Part shown: positions 18,873 through 29,035 of the stretch, piece by piece
How positions within the stretch are numbered: the first letter of the stretch is position 1
Layout: each line of letters opens with the position of its first letter
Virus record (IMG/VR): IMGVR_UViG_3300020420_000873
Span: 6,982-70,981 of that record
From: a virus
DNA length: 64,000 nt
Strand: one strand, 5' to 3'
Translations under genes and position numbers: made by a program
Notes under the pieces: generated by a model
Seen by the model: only the letters and a program-made list of their open reading frames with translations
Told to the model about the DNA's origin: nothing
Database searches by the model: none

Positions 18873-20133
18873 GTATCACCTCTGCTAGTTCTGGAAATGT
18901 TGTACGCCAATTTTCACTTCGAACATCATCAATTAGATTTGCTTTTTCTAGAAATTCATTTGAGAGATCGTTTGAAATATAGTTCAATCCTTTTGATACT
19001 TTACTGTAACTTTTTTCTACAATAGATAATATTACTTCATTATTATTGTGTGTTGATATTAATTGTTTTTTATGTTGCTGTACTATTTCTTTTATCTTAG
19101 ACTGATTGTTAGAACTAAAATTTGACAATGAAAGATACTGTGGTGTTTGCGCCAGATGTAGATCTAAAAAGTCTTTAGTTATAATTTCTTTCGGAAAATG
19201 ATCAGCTATCCAATTTATAAATTCTTTTAGATACAGAACATTGTATATGGTTAAAGTATGTCCTATCACAACCGATACATTCAAATGTTGTTGACTTACT
19301 TTTACCCATTCTGTAGCTGAATCCATAACTTTTTTCCATTGCGATCCTTTTCTTAAAAATTCTGCTCTTTCGCCGATTGCATCAAGACTTAAATCTATTT
19401 TAGCACTTTTAAATTGTGGTATTAACTTTCTGTATTGTTCTTTTGGAAAGAATGAACAATTTGTAAAAACTTCTAAATGTATGTTTTTTGCTAGATCCCA
19501 TTTAACTAAATTAGATAAAAATGTTTGAAATTGATCATTTAAAAAAGGCTCACCTCCTGTTGCTTTTACATTTTTTAAATGCTTTACAGTATCATATTTT
19601 ATTGATGACAACGACTCATTTGTTTTTGGCAGTTGTTTTATAGTGATGTATTCGTGATGTTCATTGCCAAAAAAGTTTTTTATAAGACTTTCATTTTTAT
19701 CTAAATCTTCATCCCATGTTGTTGACAATTTAGGTCCACATGATCTACATTTTAAATTACAAAATCTTCCTGTTTGAATTTCAAGAAACTCTAATTCTGT
19801 TTCTGAATATTTAGGATCCTTATTATAGTCATAGCTTATCTCACTGTTTGTATCAATTGCACTTTCACGCATTGATTTAATGCCTGCTTCTTCATCTTGA
19901 TAGCATCTCCAACATCCTTTTATTTTTTTACCATTTAATGATTTGTTTCTTATTGTTTCCCATATTTTTTTATAACCTTTATCAAACGATTTAGGATAAA
20001 CTTGTCCATCATCTTTGTATCTACAGCATGGTACAATCGATCCGTCTGGAACTTGCATTACCGCACCGCGGAACAAATATGGGCAATAGGTTTTGTTGTT
20101 TTTCAAATCAATCATTTTATAAGTATACAGCAA
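18865..20133 (-). CDS. Radical SAM protein, N-terminal twitch domain
   Basis: CPYLF..PCC..GCWRC, CNLKCRSC, GGEP. Start may be MIDLK. Confidence 0.9.
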   Translation of the reverse strand: MLYTYKMIDLKNNKTYCPYLFRGAVMQVPDGSIVPCCRYKDDGQVYPKSFDKGYKKIWETIRNKSLNGKKIKGCWRCYQDEEAGIKSMRESAIDTNSEISYDYNKDPKYSETELEFLEIQTGRFCNLKCRSCGPKLSTTWDEDLDKNESLIKNFFGNEHHEYITIKQLPKTNESLSSIKYDTVKHLKNVKATGGEPFLNDQFQTFLSNLVKWDLAKNIHLEVFTNCSFFPKEQYRKLIPQFKSAKIDLSLDAIGERAEFLRKGSQWKKVMDSATEWVKVSQQHLNVSVVIGHTLTIYNVLYLKEFINWIADHFPKEIITKDFLDLHLAQTPQYLSLSNFSSNNQSKIKEIVQQHKKQLISTHNNNEVILSIVEKSYSKVSKGLNYISNDLSNEFLEKANLIDDVRSENWRTTFPELAEVIHV

Positions 20134-20180
20134 AATTCCAATTAATTCAATATAAAATACGTACTTTATATATTTATGAC

Positions 20181-20209
20181 TTGCACAATATGATAAATAT
20201 GTGTATAAT
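20181..20209 (+). promoter_or_regulatory. sigma70-type promoter with a nested GATAAATA late box
   Basis: TTGCAC-N17-TATAAT; spacer contains GATAAATA. Confidence 0.55.
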
Positions 20210-20233
20210 AATGTTTATTAGGAGAACAAATCA

Positions 20234-21049
20234 ATGTTAATAAGGAAAAAATATCAATTGCCAACTATGTGGAAATTCCAAAACCACAAGTTTGATATTA
20301 AAAAATTACAACAAGAAGCATTAAAATTAGCAAATGATTATGGCAATGTAATGGACACAAATAAAGCATTGTGTTCTAACAATCACGAATTAGTAATGAG
20401 TGTCTATAAACATTTTAAACAAATTAATCTTACAGAGTTTGATCCACAAGGCGAAGCACCAACTGTTGAGTCATGTGAAGCTATGGGTAAAACTGCTGGT
20501 ACTGGTGATGAGTCAATTAGTAAGATTGCCAAATATAGATTAAAAGCAAGACGTGGAGAAAATTTAGATCCGGCACTTAATGAACATAATTATAATACTC
20601 CAACAGAAAAATACAAAGGTACTTACTTTGAAGAAGTAGTGAATTCATTTAAAGCAGATGCAATTAGAGTAAGACTTGTAAGATTAGACCCAGGTAAAAC
20701 ATTAACTCCACATATTGATTATGATCCAACTTATGCTGTAAGAGTTATTATCCCTATTTTTGCAGAAGAAGAAGCAACAAATTACTTTTGGAGAAAAAGT
20801 AAACAAGAAGCATATCATTTAAAAGCTGATGGTTCAGCATACTTTTTGAATATTGGATTTACACACACAGTAGTAAATTCTGGTAACACACCAAGAATTA
20901 GTTTGATGTTTAGTTTAAAAAATCAATCAGATTTACAAGAAATTCCAGAAGACGATTGGAACGAAAAAAACAATATGGGTGATTTACAAATTGAAAAAGA
21001 ATACAAAGAACACAAGGCGGAAGCAGATGCCCAACCAGTGGCTGTTTAA
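20234..21049 (+). CDS. Asp/Asn beta-hydroxylase-like 2OG-Fe(II) oxygenase
   Basis: LTPHID..IPI..GFTHTVVNSG..RISL; AGGAG RBS. Confidence 0.8.
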   Translation: MLIRKKYQLPTMWKFQNHKFDIKKLQQEALKLANDYGNVMDTNKALCSNNHELVMSVYKHFKQINLTEFDPQGEAPTVESCEAMGKTAGTGDESISKIAKYRLKARRGENLDPALNEHNYNTPTEKYKGTYFEEVVNSFKADAIRVRLVRLDPGKTLTPHIDYDPTYAVRVIIPIFAEEEATNYFWRKSKQEAYHLKADGSAYFLNIGFTHTVVNSGNTPRISLMFSLKNQSDLQEIPEDDWNEKNNMGDLQIEKEYKEHKAEADAQPVAV

Positions 21050-21353
21050 AACAGAAATAAAAGAATCAAAAATACACGGACAAGGAAGGTTTGCTTTAGA
21101 AAACATTCCGATCGGCAGAAGAGTAGTTGAGCTCAAAGGTGCAATTGTTCCTAAAGAAGAAGCTCCTGGAAAATTTCCGGTTAGTTTAACACATAACATG
21201 AACTGTGATGATAGCTACGTTAATCATAGTGAAGATTCAAATCTTGCTTACCTAGGTGGTACTAGTTTTATTGCTTGTAAAAATATTAAAAAAGGCGATG
21301 AACTTACTATGGACTACAGCCAATTTGCTGGCGATAGAAAATTTTTGTTTTAA
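21027..21353 (+). CDS. SET-domain methyltransferase
   Basis: SKIHGQG.FA, YVNHS, IKKGDELTMDY. Likely start MPNQW. Confidence 0.85.
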   Translation: MPNQWLFKTEIKESKIHGQGRFALENIPIGRRVVELKGAIVPKEEAPGKFPVSLTHNMNCDDSYVNHSEDSNLAYLGGTSFIACKNIKKGDELTMDYSQFAGDRKFLF

Positions 21354-22039
21354 TTTTTAAACTTATCTTTCCAATTCATATTGGCATATGGCCATCCTGT
21401 TATAACAACACGACATCCTGGTTTGCCATTTCTTACTGGATCTACATAATGAGCTGATCCTACTCTCATCAATACACAGGTATTTCTTTTTGGTTTTATT
21501 GCTAAAGGTCCTACTAGGTATGGATCTTGTTTTGATTCTTTAGACATTTTTGTTACAAACTTTTCCCAATTTGCACGTTCTCTCGGATGACTTTGAAAAT
21601 GATCCTCTAACATAATCTCGTTTGGAAACACTAACTCTCCGCCATCTTCTGTTGTTAAATAATTTACAAAAACAAATTCACCATATATGTCTTTACGTTC
21701 TGTGTGTACATTGTAGATACTGTTTGGATTAAAAGTTTTTGTTGTAAACTGTAAAACATTTTTTTCATTAATGTCTTGTATTAATATTGGTTTGTAAACA
21801 TCTGCAAGTACTTGATTTAATTTTTCAATAACTGCCACAACCACTTCTTTATCTTTGTGTACATTATATTTTACATGATTATAATTATAATATGACTCAC
21901 TTATAATATGGGGTTGTTCATCACCATCTAACTCTTTAGTTTCTGATTGCTGTATTTTTTCAAGTGTTTGATCAACTAGACTTTCACTAATAAAGTTTTC
22001 TGTATACCAAACTTCATCTTTAACTAATTCGGTCCACAT
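21350..22039 (-). CDS. 2OG-Fe(II) oxygenase, HxE variant
   Basis: VHTE, GGELVFP, SAHYV, RVVITGW. TAATG-coupled start MWTEL. Confidence 0.75.
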   Translation of the reverse strand: MWTELVKDEVWYTENFISESLVDQTLEKIQQSETKELDGDEQPHIISESYYNYNHVKYNVHKDKEVVVAVIEKLNQVLADVYKPILIQDINEKNVLQFTTKTFNPNSIYNVHTERKDIYGEFVFVNYLTTEDGGELVFPNEIMLEDHFQSHPRERANWEKFVTKMSKESKQDPYLVGPLAIKPKRNTCVLMRVGSAHYVDPVRNGKPGCRVVITGWPYANMNWKDKFKN

Positions 22040-22806
22040 TAGTGACATGCCTCTGGTTTTGGTTCAGAATGTCTTTTGGCATCAAAGTAATAATTAAAAT
22101 TACAATGTCTATCTAATCCATTTATTAAATCTTTAGTAGCATATGGCCATCCTGTTACAACTTGTCTTGAATCTGTTGCTACTTCTCCTTTTAATGGATT
22201 TACGTAATGAGCTGACCCAATAGCAAAAACCACGCATTTGTTATAGACTGGCTTTACAACTACATCATTTAAGTAACGCATCGGAAATCCTTTTGATTCA
22301 ACCAACTCGATGTTTTCTTGCCATCTAGACTTTTGCTTTGGAAATTTTTGTAAATGTTTTTCTACACCTTCACGACTAGGAAATACTAATTCTCCTCCAT
22401 CTTCTGTAGAAAGAAAATGCATGAAAGCATATGGACCATACTTGTCAATTGGCTCTGTGTGTAAATCATACCACCCACGTTTTGAAAAACTTTTTGTAAA
22501 CAATTGCAAACCTTCTAAGTTGTCCATTGGTACAGATGTTTCAGTTAATGGTTGCATTAGCTCATTTACTTTGCCCATGTATAAATCAATTAGTACTCTA
22601 TCTTTGTGTATATCAGTTCTATGGACTGTGTAATTATATGTCGTTGCATTAACTCCAGAATTTCTAAAGTTTGGTAATATTGCTTCGCCGGGCTCTAATT
22701 CAGTTTTACCTGCTGTTGACATATTTTGTTTTATTTGACTGATGGTATTATCGTCAAGGAAGTTATCATATTCCCATAATTCGTTTTTTACTAGTTCTTT
22801 CCACAT
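22039..22806 (-). CDS. 2OG-Fe(II) oxygenase, HxE variant (tandem paralog)
   Basis: LHTE, GGELVFP, SAHYV, RQVVTGW. Confidence 0.75.
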   Translation of the reverse strand: MWKELVKNELWEYDNFLDDNTISQIKQNMSTAGKTELEPGEAILPNFRNSGVNATTYNYTVHRTDIHKDRVLIDLYMGKVNELMQPLTETSVPMDNLEGLQLFTKSFSKRGWYDLHTEPIDKYGPYAFMHFLSTEDGGELVFPSREGVEKHLQKFPKQKSRWQENIELVESKGFPMRYLNDVVVKPVYNKCVVFAIGSAHYVNPLKGEVATDSRQVVTGWPYATKDLINGLDRHCNFNYYFDAKRHSEPKPEACH

Positions 22807-24587
22807 TATCTTTCACTCCCTATAGCAACTGCTTCAGTTGGTTTAATACGAGCGTCTGTACCATACATGCTCATATCAAATTCTTTTTTCCATTGTGCTA
22901 CATCATATTTAACCAATTTTTCCGGAAACACTTTTGATAAGTCTTCTACAAACTGATCTTGATTATGCCAGAATTGATATATTTCATCAGCTCTTAAACA
23001 TCTTGAAAAATACAAATAAGTCGCTAAATCTTTTACTTCTGTTCTTGGTTCGTCTTTAAATATGTTTCTAATTATTTGTCTGTTCTTTTCTACTAATTTA
23101 ATCATTAAAGGCATTTTATCTAAATGTTTATAAAACCATTTAGCCTGAAACTGTATATCATGCTGTGTGTCAAATAGATCTTTCATTGTATGACTTAATG
23201 CTCTTGAGTTGTGAAAATTATGATAGAACCACCAATAGTCAAACATACGAACTACTTCATCTTCGTCGTATGAAAAACATCTGTGCATGATTTCTATTTC
23301 TTCAAACTCATACGTGCTACGTTCATCTCTGTACTCTGGATGTTTATGTAATTGTTTATAACCAAGTCCTGAAAAAGAATATGGAAAAGCAAGTATTTTA
23401 GATTTGACTTTGTGTTCTTTTTGAAATTTGTCTGTGTACAATTCTGTGTTTGGTACTAAATTTAAAAAGTACGAACGCATAAAATCAATACCAAGTTCAT
23501 AATCTTTGTTCAATGAATACAACCAACTATCTGCTGTTTCACCTGGTAATGCAATAATCATTTCACTTGTTACTGGTAATCCTTTTGATTTAAAACTATC
23601 AATTAAAGGTACAAGTTTATCATTGTTAATGTTTGCTCTGTTAATAACTTTAAGTGTATCTTTTGCATGTGTTTGAAAACTTACTTTTAAATTACGTTGA
23701 TCAGCATCTAAGTTATTGTGTATGATATCTATAATTTCTGGTAACCATTTGCTACCATTCTTTGCAAGTCCGCTGTAAGATATTTTAGGATTATTGCCTG
23801 TTGCTTCTTTGTTTGCTTTCATTTTTTTAACAACATCTAAATCTCTTGGTAACATACCAAAGTTAGCATCAAGTATTTCTACTTCTGCTATGTTTGTGTG
23901 TTTGTATATAAAATCTAATTGTTCATTGACAGGATCCATATCAAACTTTGTAACTTTGGATCTTGCTTGTCCTCCCCAATCACAAAACGCACATTTAAAA
24001 GGACATCCACGATTGGTTTCAAATGATGCTTTTACTCTTTTTTCTTCTGCTAGTATAGAATCAAACACTCCGTCTAAATATGGTGTAGGCATTTCGTCAG
24101 TTCCAATTTGATAAAGTTTACGTCCTACTTCTACATTATTCCAGCCTAATCCAAAACTACCATCATGTGTACTCATAGGAGCATCTATATTTTGTAAAAA
24201 CTTGCTAACTAACTTTTCACCAGGACCGACCCAAAATATATCTATGTAAGGATGATCTTTTGCAAACTGTTCTGCAAGTTTAGGATCTTCAGGTACATTG
24301 GGTCCACCATACATTGTGATTCCATTTGGATTAATATCTTTATAGTGACTCATCATTTGATCATTGTATGCCTGATTCCAAACGTAACACGTCAAACCAA
24401 ATACATCTATGTTTTTAAATTGTTCTGTGTATTCTTCTATAGGTTTGTATTTGTATAAAGGTTCATTAAACTTGTACTTTGATTTTATTTCAGGTATCTT
24501 GTTACAGTAACTTATAAGGCACGCCGCGGCATATGGCAACCATGTTTCATGAATAACTGAAATTGTACCTAGTTGGACCGTCTTCAT
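22806..24587 (-). CDS. Cobalamin-binding radical SAM enzyme
   Basis: N-terminal B12-binding-like region (GLTCYVWN, GGP, GPGE), then ETNRGCPFKCAFCDW, DANFG, LPGET. Confidence 0.88.
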   Translation of the reverse strand: MKTVQLGTISVIHETWLPYAAACLISYCNKIPEIKSKYKFNEPLYKYKPIEEYTEQFKNIDVFGLTCYVWNQAYNDQMMSHYKDINPNGITMYGGPNVPEDPKLAEQFAKDHPYIDIFWVGPGEKLVSKFLQNIDAPMSTHDGSFGLGWNNVEVGRKLYQIGTDEMPTPYLDGVFDSILAEEKRVKASFETNRGCPFKCAFCDWGGQARSKVTKFDMDPVNEQLDFIYKHTNIAEVEILDANFGMLPRDLDVVKKMKANKEATGNNPKISYSGLAKNGSKWLPEIIDIIHNNLDADQRNLKVSFQTHAKDTLKVINRANINNDKLVPLIDSFKSKGLPVTSEMIIALPGETADSWLYSLNKDYELGIDFMRSYFLNLVPNTELYTDKFQKEHKVKSKILAFPYSFSGLGYKQLHKHPEYRDERSTYEFEEIEIMHRCFSYDEDEVVRMFDYWWFYHNFHNSRALSHTMKDLFDTQHDIQFQAKWFYKHLDKMPLMIKLVEKNRQIIRNIFKDEPRTEVKDLATYLYFSRCLRADEIYQFWHNQDQFVEDLSKVFPEKLVKYDVAQWKKEFDMSMYGTDARIKPTEAVAIGSER

Positions 24588-25192
24588 ATTACCTCTGCAA
24601 CATTATCTATAACACCATCGTGCTTGTATTTTATAATTGATTTAGTTGGTTCCCATTTATAATTTGGATCTATGTAGTAGCTATATACAAATTGTATCAT
24701 ATCCGACTTAGGCGAATCATGAAACACAAAGTCTTTTTCTAATGTTAATTTTTTATAATCTTCATCGTCAAACCAACTGTTATCACCACCCACATATTTT
24801 TTCTTATGTTGAAACAGTTCATTAATTGCTTTGTCATTGACATCATGCGTCCAATAGTAATGTTTGAATCCATTTTCTTTTGCCCAAGCAATTTGATGTT
24901 TCATCATTTTAAATCCATAACGTCCATGCCTATATTTTTTTAAAATATGATATCTGCATTTTCTAATTGATTCAGGTGTTCCTGTAATAAAACTTCTTTC
25001 AGCATAACTTATACTAGCAACTGTACCTTCGACTATTGCTAACCATAAACTGCTTTGATCATCTAGATCATCTATATCAAATTTGTTTTCCGCATAAGTT
25101 CCTGCACTTCCTTCTTGTTTTGCTTTGGCAAGAAAGTCTTTTACCATATGTTTGTGTGATAGATTGTATTGTACAATTTCTTCCATGTTCAT
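24584..25192 (-). CDS. GNAT-family acyltransferase
   Basis: ILKKYRHGRYGFKMM..AWAKENGF resembles motif A. Confidence 0.7.
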   Translation of the reverse strand: MNMEEIVQYNLSHKHMVKDFLAKAKQEGSAGTYAENKFDIDDLDDQSSLWLAIVEGTVASISYAERSFITGTPESIRKCRYHILKKYRHGRYGFKMMKHQIAWAKENGFKHYYWTHDVNDKAINELFQHKKKYVGGDNSWFDDEDYKKLTLEKDFVFHDSPKSDMIQFVYSYYIDPNYKWEPTKSIIKYKHDGVIDNVAEVI

Positions 25193-25840
25193 TTACTTGT
25201 ACCATGATTCAACGGATATATTTTTTATATGAACGTTGCTTGGTTGATTGATTATATAAAATACTGATTCAGCCAACTTCTCTGATGATATTGGATTTAT
25301 TCCCATTGGTATAGTCCTTTTATATTCTGGTACTTTATCAAATAGTCCTGTATCAACCCATCCTGGTCTTACTATAGAAACTTTACATTTGCCCCTGCCA
25401 TAAACACCAAAGTTATCAACTATTGATTCTAAAGCAACTTTCTGATGATAGTAACTTTTATCTTTTTCAATTTTTTCATTGTGATCTTTTGCTGTTGATC
25501 CTATGTTGATTATTAGTTTATTTTTCTTTTGCCACAAATTATAAACTGCATATAAAAGATCTATTTGAGCCCATTGCAAATGAGCATTATTAATGAATAC
25601 ATCATAATCTTTTATTTCTTTTAAAAATCTTTGTGTATCTTCTGACCATTCAAATTGTTGTTTATCATCAACTTTATCATCTGATGTATATACTTTTCCA
25701 ATGTTTTTTAAATTAAATCCAGTTACACGACTAAAGCCTACCATATCGTGGCCATAGCTTTCTCCCATTTCATAAATGGCTTTACCAATTCCTGAAGTGT
25801 GTCCTGTTATTGCAATTTTATACTTTGACTTTGGATCCAT
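25193..25840 (-). CDS. SDR-family oxidoreductase
   Basis: TGHTSGIG, FINNA, NIGS, YYHQK, PGWVDT. Confidence 0.85.
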   Translation of the reverse strand: MDPKSKYKIAITGHTSGIGKAIYEMGESYGHDMVGFSRVTGFNLKNIGKVYTSDDKVDDKQQFEWSEDTQRFLKEIKDYDVFINNAHLQWAQIDLLYAVYNLWQKKNKLIINIGSTAKDHNEKIEKDKSYYHQKVALESIVDNFGVYGRGKCKVSIVRPGWVDTGLFDKVPEYKRTIPMGINPISSEKLAESVFYIINQPSNVHIKNISVESWYK

Positions 25841-26591
25841 TTTTTACCTCTAATAATTTTATAAACCAGCCGCCTACATCAATTTCCCACCACTTGTATT
25901 TAAAACTCGCATTGTTAGGATTTGCATGATGATTGTTGTGCCAGCCTTCTCCCCACATTAATATTCCTAGTAAAGGAATATTAGTTGAGTTATCAGAAGT
26001 TTGGTGATTTCTATATCCAATCATGTGTGTAAGAGTGTTAATAAATGATCCTGCATTCCACAGTATCATTGCTGGAAACAAATAAGCTGACACTAACAAC
26101 ATTGGATCAATCATATACCATGTTCCTGCAATTGCTAGATGTATTAAGAAATAATATCTGTGTGTGAATAGATGAAATTTATTTCTAATAAGTTTAACAA
26201 CATACCTTGGATTAGGTGTGTCAAACATGCTTAACCATTGTACTTTTAAAAAACCTTTGTAGGTCGGCGAGTGCGGATCATCTTCACTATCAGTGTGTAC
26301 ATGATGTTCTCTATGAATAGCTACCCATCCTATAGTTGACCCAGTTAGACCATATGTGCCTGCTAAAGATCCAAAATAATGAAACCACTTAGGTGCTTTC
26401 CAACTTGCATGACTTAACAATCTATGATATGTCATAGTCATACCAAAGCATCCTGTGATAAAATATACAAAAAATGCTATCGCCCAATGATACCAAGAAC
26501 CATACATAATCATTGGTATGATACTTAGATGTGCGATCAATTGAGCAATGAACAAAAAGTATTGATCTTTAGTTGTTTTCTGCGTTTTCAT
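25818..26591 (-). CDS. Membrane fatty-acid desaturase (delta-9-like)
   Basis: HRLLSH, HREHH, DPHSP, GEGWHNNHH, WEID. Confidence 0.92.
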   Translation of the reverse strand: MKTQKTTKDQYFLFIAQLIAHLSIIPMIMYGSWYHWAIAFFVYFITGCFGMTMTYHRLLSHASWKAPKWFHYFGSLAGTYGLTGSTIGWVAIHREHHVHTDSEDDPHSPTYKGFLKVQWLSMFDTPNPRYVVKLIRNKFHLFTHRYYFLIHLAIAGTWYMIDPMLLVSAYLFPAMILWNAGSFINTLTHMIGYRNHQTSDNSTNIPLLGILMWGEGWHNNHHANPNNASFKYKWWEIDVGGWFIKLLEVKNGSKVKV

Positions 26592-26643
26592 GGTTTTCCT
26601 TTATTAACACAATTATAACAATATTTATCCTATTTCACAAGTG

Positions 26644-28506
26644 TTAAAATTTCATTTTCCAGCCAATAGTAATATTTCTACCACCTTGGTTATAACCATC
26701 TGGACGCTCATAATGATCATCTGTTATGTTTTTTACATTTAAAACAATTTCAGAATCCTGTGTTAAATAGTAACCTGCTGTAAGATCTCCAGTAGTTCTT
26801 TCTTTAACTGTAATTGTTGACCAATTGCCAGAATCAATATCTCTATGATCACCATAGTACAATATGCTAGGGCTAATATAGTAGTTGTCTTTAGCATAAG
26901 TTATACCAGATCTGATAATTGTATGAGGTCTACGTTTTAACCAAGTACCCGATGAATCTTCAGCTGATGATAATGCAATATTGTTAACAAAACTAAAGTT
27001 ACCTACATAATAATTAAAGTCAATGTCGGCACCTTTCATAGTAGATACACCATTGCTATCATTACTATAAGTTGAATTAGAATATGTAATCATATCTTCT
27101 ACATCTGTTGAGTAAAGAGCTATGTCAAACATGTGTGACTTACCTTTGTTATTGTATCCTATTTCTCTACTTACTGACGTTTCTGGTTTAAGATTTGGAT
27201 TACCTGTATAACCATAGTTGTCTGCTCCATACATTTCATATAGTGTTGGTGATTTATAACCAGTTGATTGACTTATACGAAATCCATTGTATGAAGTACC
27301 AATTGAATATGTCGACTGACCATTTGCAATCGAGTGTTCGTCATATCTTACACCACCTGAAATGATAAAGTTGTTTTCAAATGAGTAATCAAAACTATGA
27401 TAAGTTCCTATTACAGATGCTGACTTGTCAACCGTTGAATTATAACTGCCTGTGTTGTTAAAGTCTACATCAAATCCTGTTGCATCTACACCTGTTTTTG
27501 TTGACAACTTATCTGAACTTGTTATCCAATCAAGTGATCCATGTGTAGCAACAGAATCGTAACTATCTATTTCAGTTCCGTTGACATATTCTCTATCCCA
27601 CATTGTATGATCAACAACTGTTTTTATTTTTCCATACTTTACATCAGTTGATGTTTGCATTTGTCCAAAATAAAATTTAGTTTCATTTGTGTAATCTAAA
27701 TCATCTGCACCTGAGGCATCAATATCTGCGTTGGTTGTATTTGTTACTCCTGTAAATTTTATTTGAGTATCATCAAGAGTTACAATATGTCCAAAGTTGA
27801 ACCCTAACACGTCATAGCCATCTGGTTCAGTACCTTTTGGATAGACTGATATTCCATCTGATCCTTCTGCATATATACCAAAATTAAAATAATCTTTTCC
27901 ATATGTGTAAGACATTGTATTAGTATCATGCGAACCATGTGATAATGATATCTCATTTCTTTTGTAATCAGAAGTTTGAATATCAATTACTCCACCAACT
28001 GCATTAGGTCCATAGTTAGTACTCATTGGTCCTGTGTATAGATGTAATCCATCTGCAAAGTGTATGTTAATATTATTTAAATCTGTAGCACCATTGGTTG
28101 TTGAGTAATCAGTTATTGCTGATCCATTAATTGTTACAAGTGTGTGATTTGAATTGGTTCCTCTTGTAAACAAAGATGTTTGTTGTCCAGCTGGACCTGA
28201 TCTAACTGCATTAAAACTTGGTGCATCTTCTAATGCTTCTGATAATATACTTGATCCTTCTTTCTTTTCGTCATCTAACCAAATAAAAGTATCTGTATAA
28301 ATTTGGTCTGCTTTCTGTGATGATGTCATTGTATGAAAAACTGGAATATCAATCACTAGTGCATCACACACGATTGTTTCATCTTTCATTTCTTCCCAGT
28401 AACATAAACGTTCATCTGCCTGTGCAGGCTTTATTAAAAATGCTACAAGTAGGATGGCCAGTACGATCACACCTCTACCTATATGCCTTTGATTTTCACT
28501 GTTCAT
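26644..28506 (-). CDS. BtuB-like TonB-dependent outer-membrane receptor
   Basis: Signal peptide (AQA), plug SLFTRGTNSNHTLVTING, YG.NAVGGVI, PTLYEMY..GNPNLKPE, LKRRP, terminal Phe. Confidence 0.85.
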   Translation of the reverse strand: MNSENQRHIGRGVIVLAILLVAFLIKPAQADERLCYWEEMKDETIVCDALVIDIPVFHTMTSSQKADQIYTDTFIWLDDEKKEGSSILSEALEDAPSFNAVRSGPAGQQTSLFTRGTNSNHTLVTINGSAITDYSTTNGATDLNNINIHFADGLHLYTGPMSTNYGPNAVGGVIDIQTSDYKRNEISLSHGSHDTNTMSYTYGKDYFNFGIYAEGSDGISVYPKGTEPDGYDVLGFNFGHIVTLDDTQIKFTGVTNTTNADIDASGADDLDYTNETKFYFGQMQTSTDVKYGKIKTVVDHTMWDREYVNGTEIDSYDSVATHGSLDWITSSDKLSTKTGVDATGFDVDFNNTGSYNSTVDKSASVIGTYHSFDYSFENNFIISGGVRYDEHSIANGQSTYSIGTSYNGFRISQSTGYKSPTLYEMYGADNYGYTGNPNLKPETSVSREIGYNNKGKSHMFDIALYSTDVEDMITYSNSTYSNDSNGVSTMKGADIDFNYYVGNFSFVNNIALSSAEDSSGTWLKRRPHTIIRSGITYAKDNYYISPSILYYGDHRDIDSGNWSTITVKERTTGDLTAGYYLTQDSEIVLNVKNITDDHYERPDGYNQGGRNITIGWKMKF

Positions 28507-29035
28507 ATATGCCTTTCCTATTAACTATCATTAGATAGATATTGTTGAAAGGTCGAGATAACGCCACTGTTAAAGATACCATCAAAGCAGTATACACCAC
28601 TGTACCTAAAATTGTATTTTGGAAAAATGGTATTGCCATTGTATAACACATTATCAATCCTTCTAATGTATTAGGATAGTAATCCCACATAATCCAAACA
28701 GCAAAATTTGTTACTATGTAAAATAACACAGATGATAATAGCGTCATTATCGCTAATGATACATATTTTCTTCCAAACTGCATAGCCCATTTACTAATCA
28801 CAGTTGACATTGCTATTGCTCCGTACACCCATAACATATAGGAATGAAATCCAATAAACACATCTCCAATGAACATTGCCATTAATGGTACTGCCATTGC
28901 CATCCAACGATCATTAATGATGTATGGTGCAAATATAGCCGCGGCCAATATGGGTGTAAAATTTGGAGGATGTGGTATGAGTCTACCTAAGGCAAGAATG
29001 CCAGAAATATATAAAAACGATAATATAATCTTCAT
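28496..29035 (-). CDS. DUF6580-like putative vitamin transport membrane protein
   Basis: RLIPHPPNFTP..SSVLFYIVTNF.VW..YP..GLIMCY..AIPFF.N. Confidence 0.75.
   Translation of the reverse strand: MKIILSFLYISGILALGRLIPHPPNFTPILAAAIFAPYIINDRWMAMAVPLMAMFIGDVFIGFHSYMLWVYGAIAMSTVISKWAMQFGRKYVSLAIMTLLSSVLFYIVTNFAVWIMWDYYPNTLEGLIMCYTMAIPFFQNTILGTVVYTALMVSLTVALSRPFNNIYLMIVNRKGIYEQ

Noticed and set aside
8254-29035. Bacterial chromosomal island or chimeric assembly
   Set aside because: The region has the same composition and ATAAATA late boxes as the flanking phage genes, paralogous radical SAMs lie outside it, and no integrase or att site was seen.
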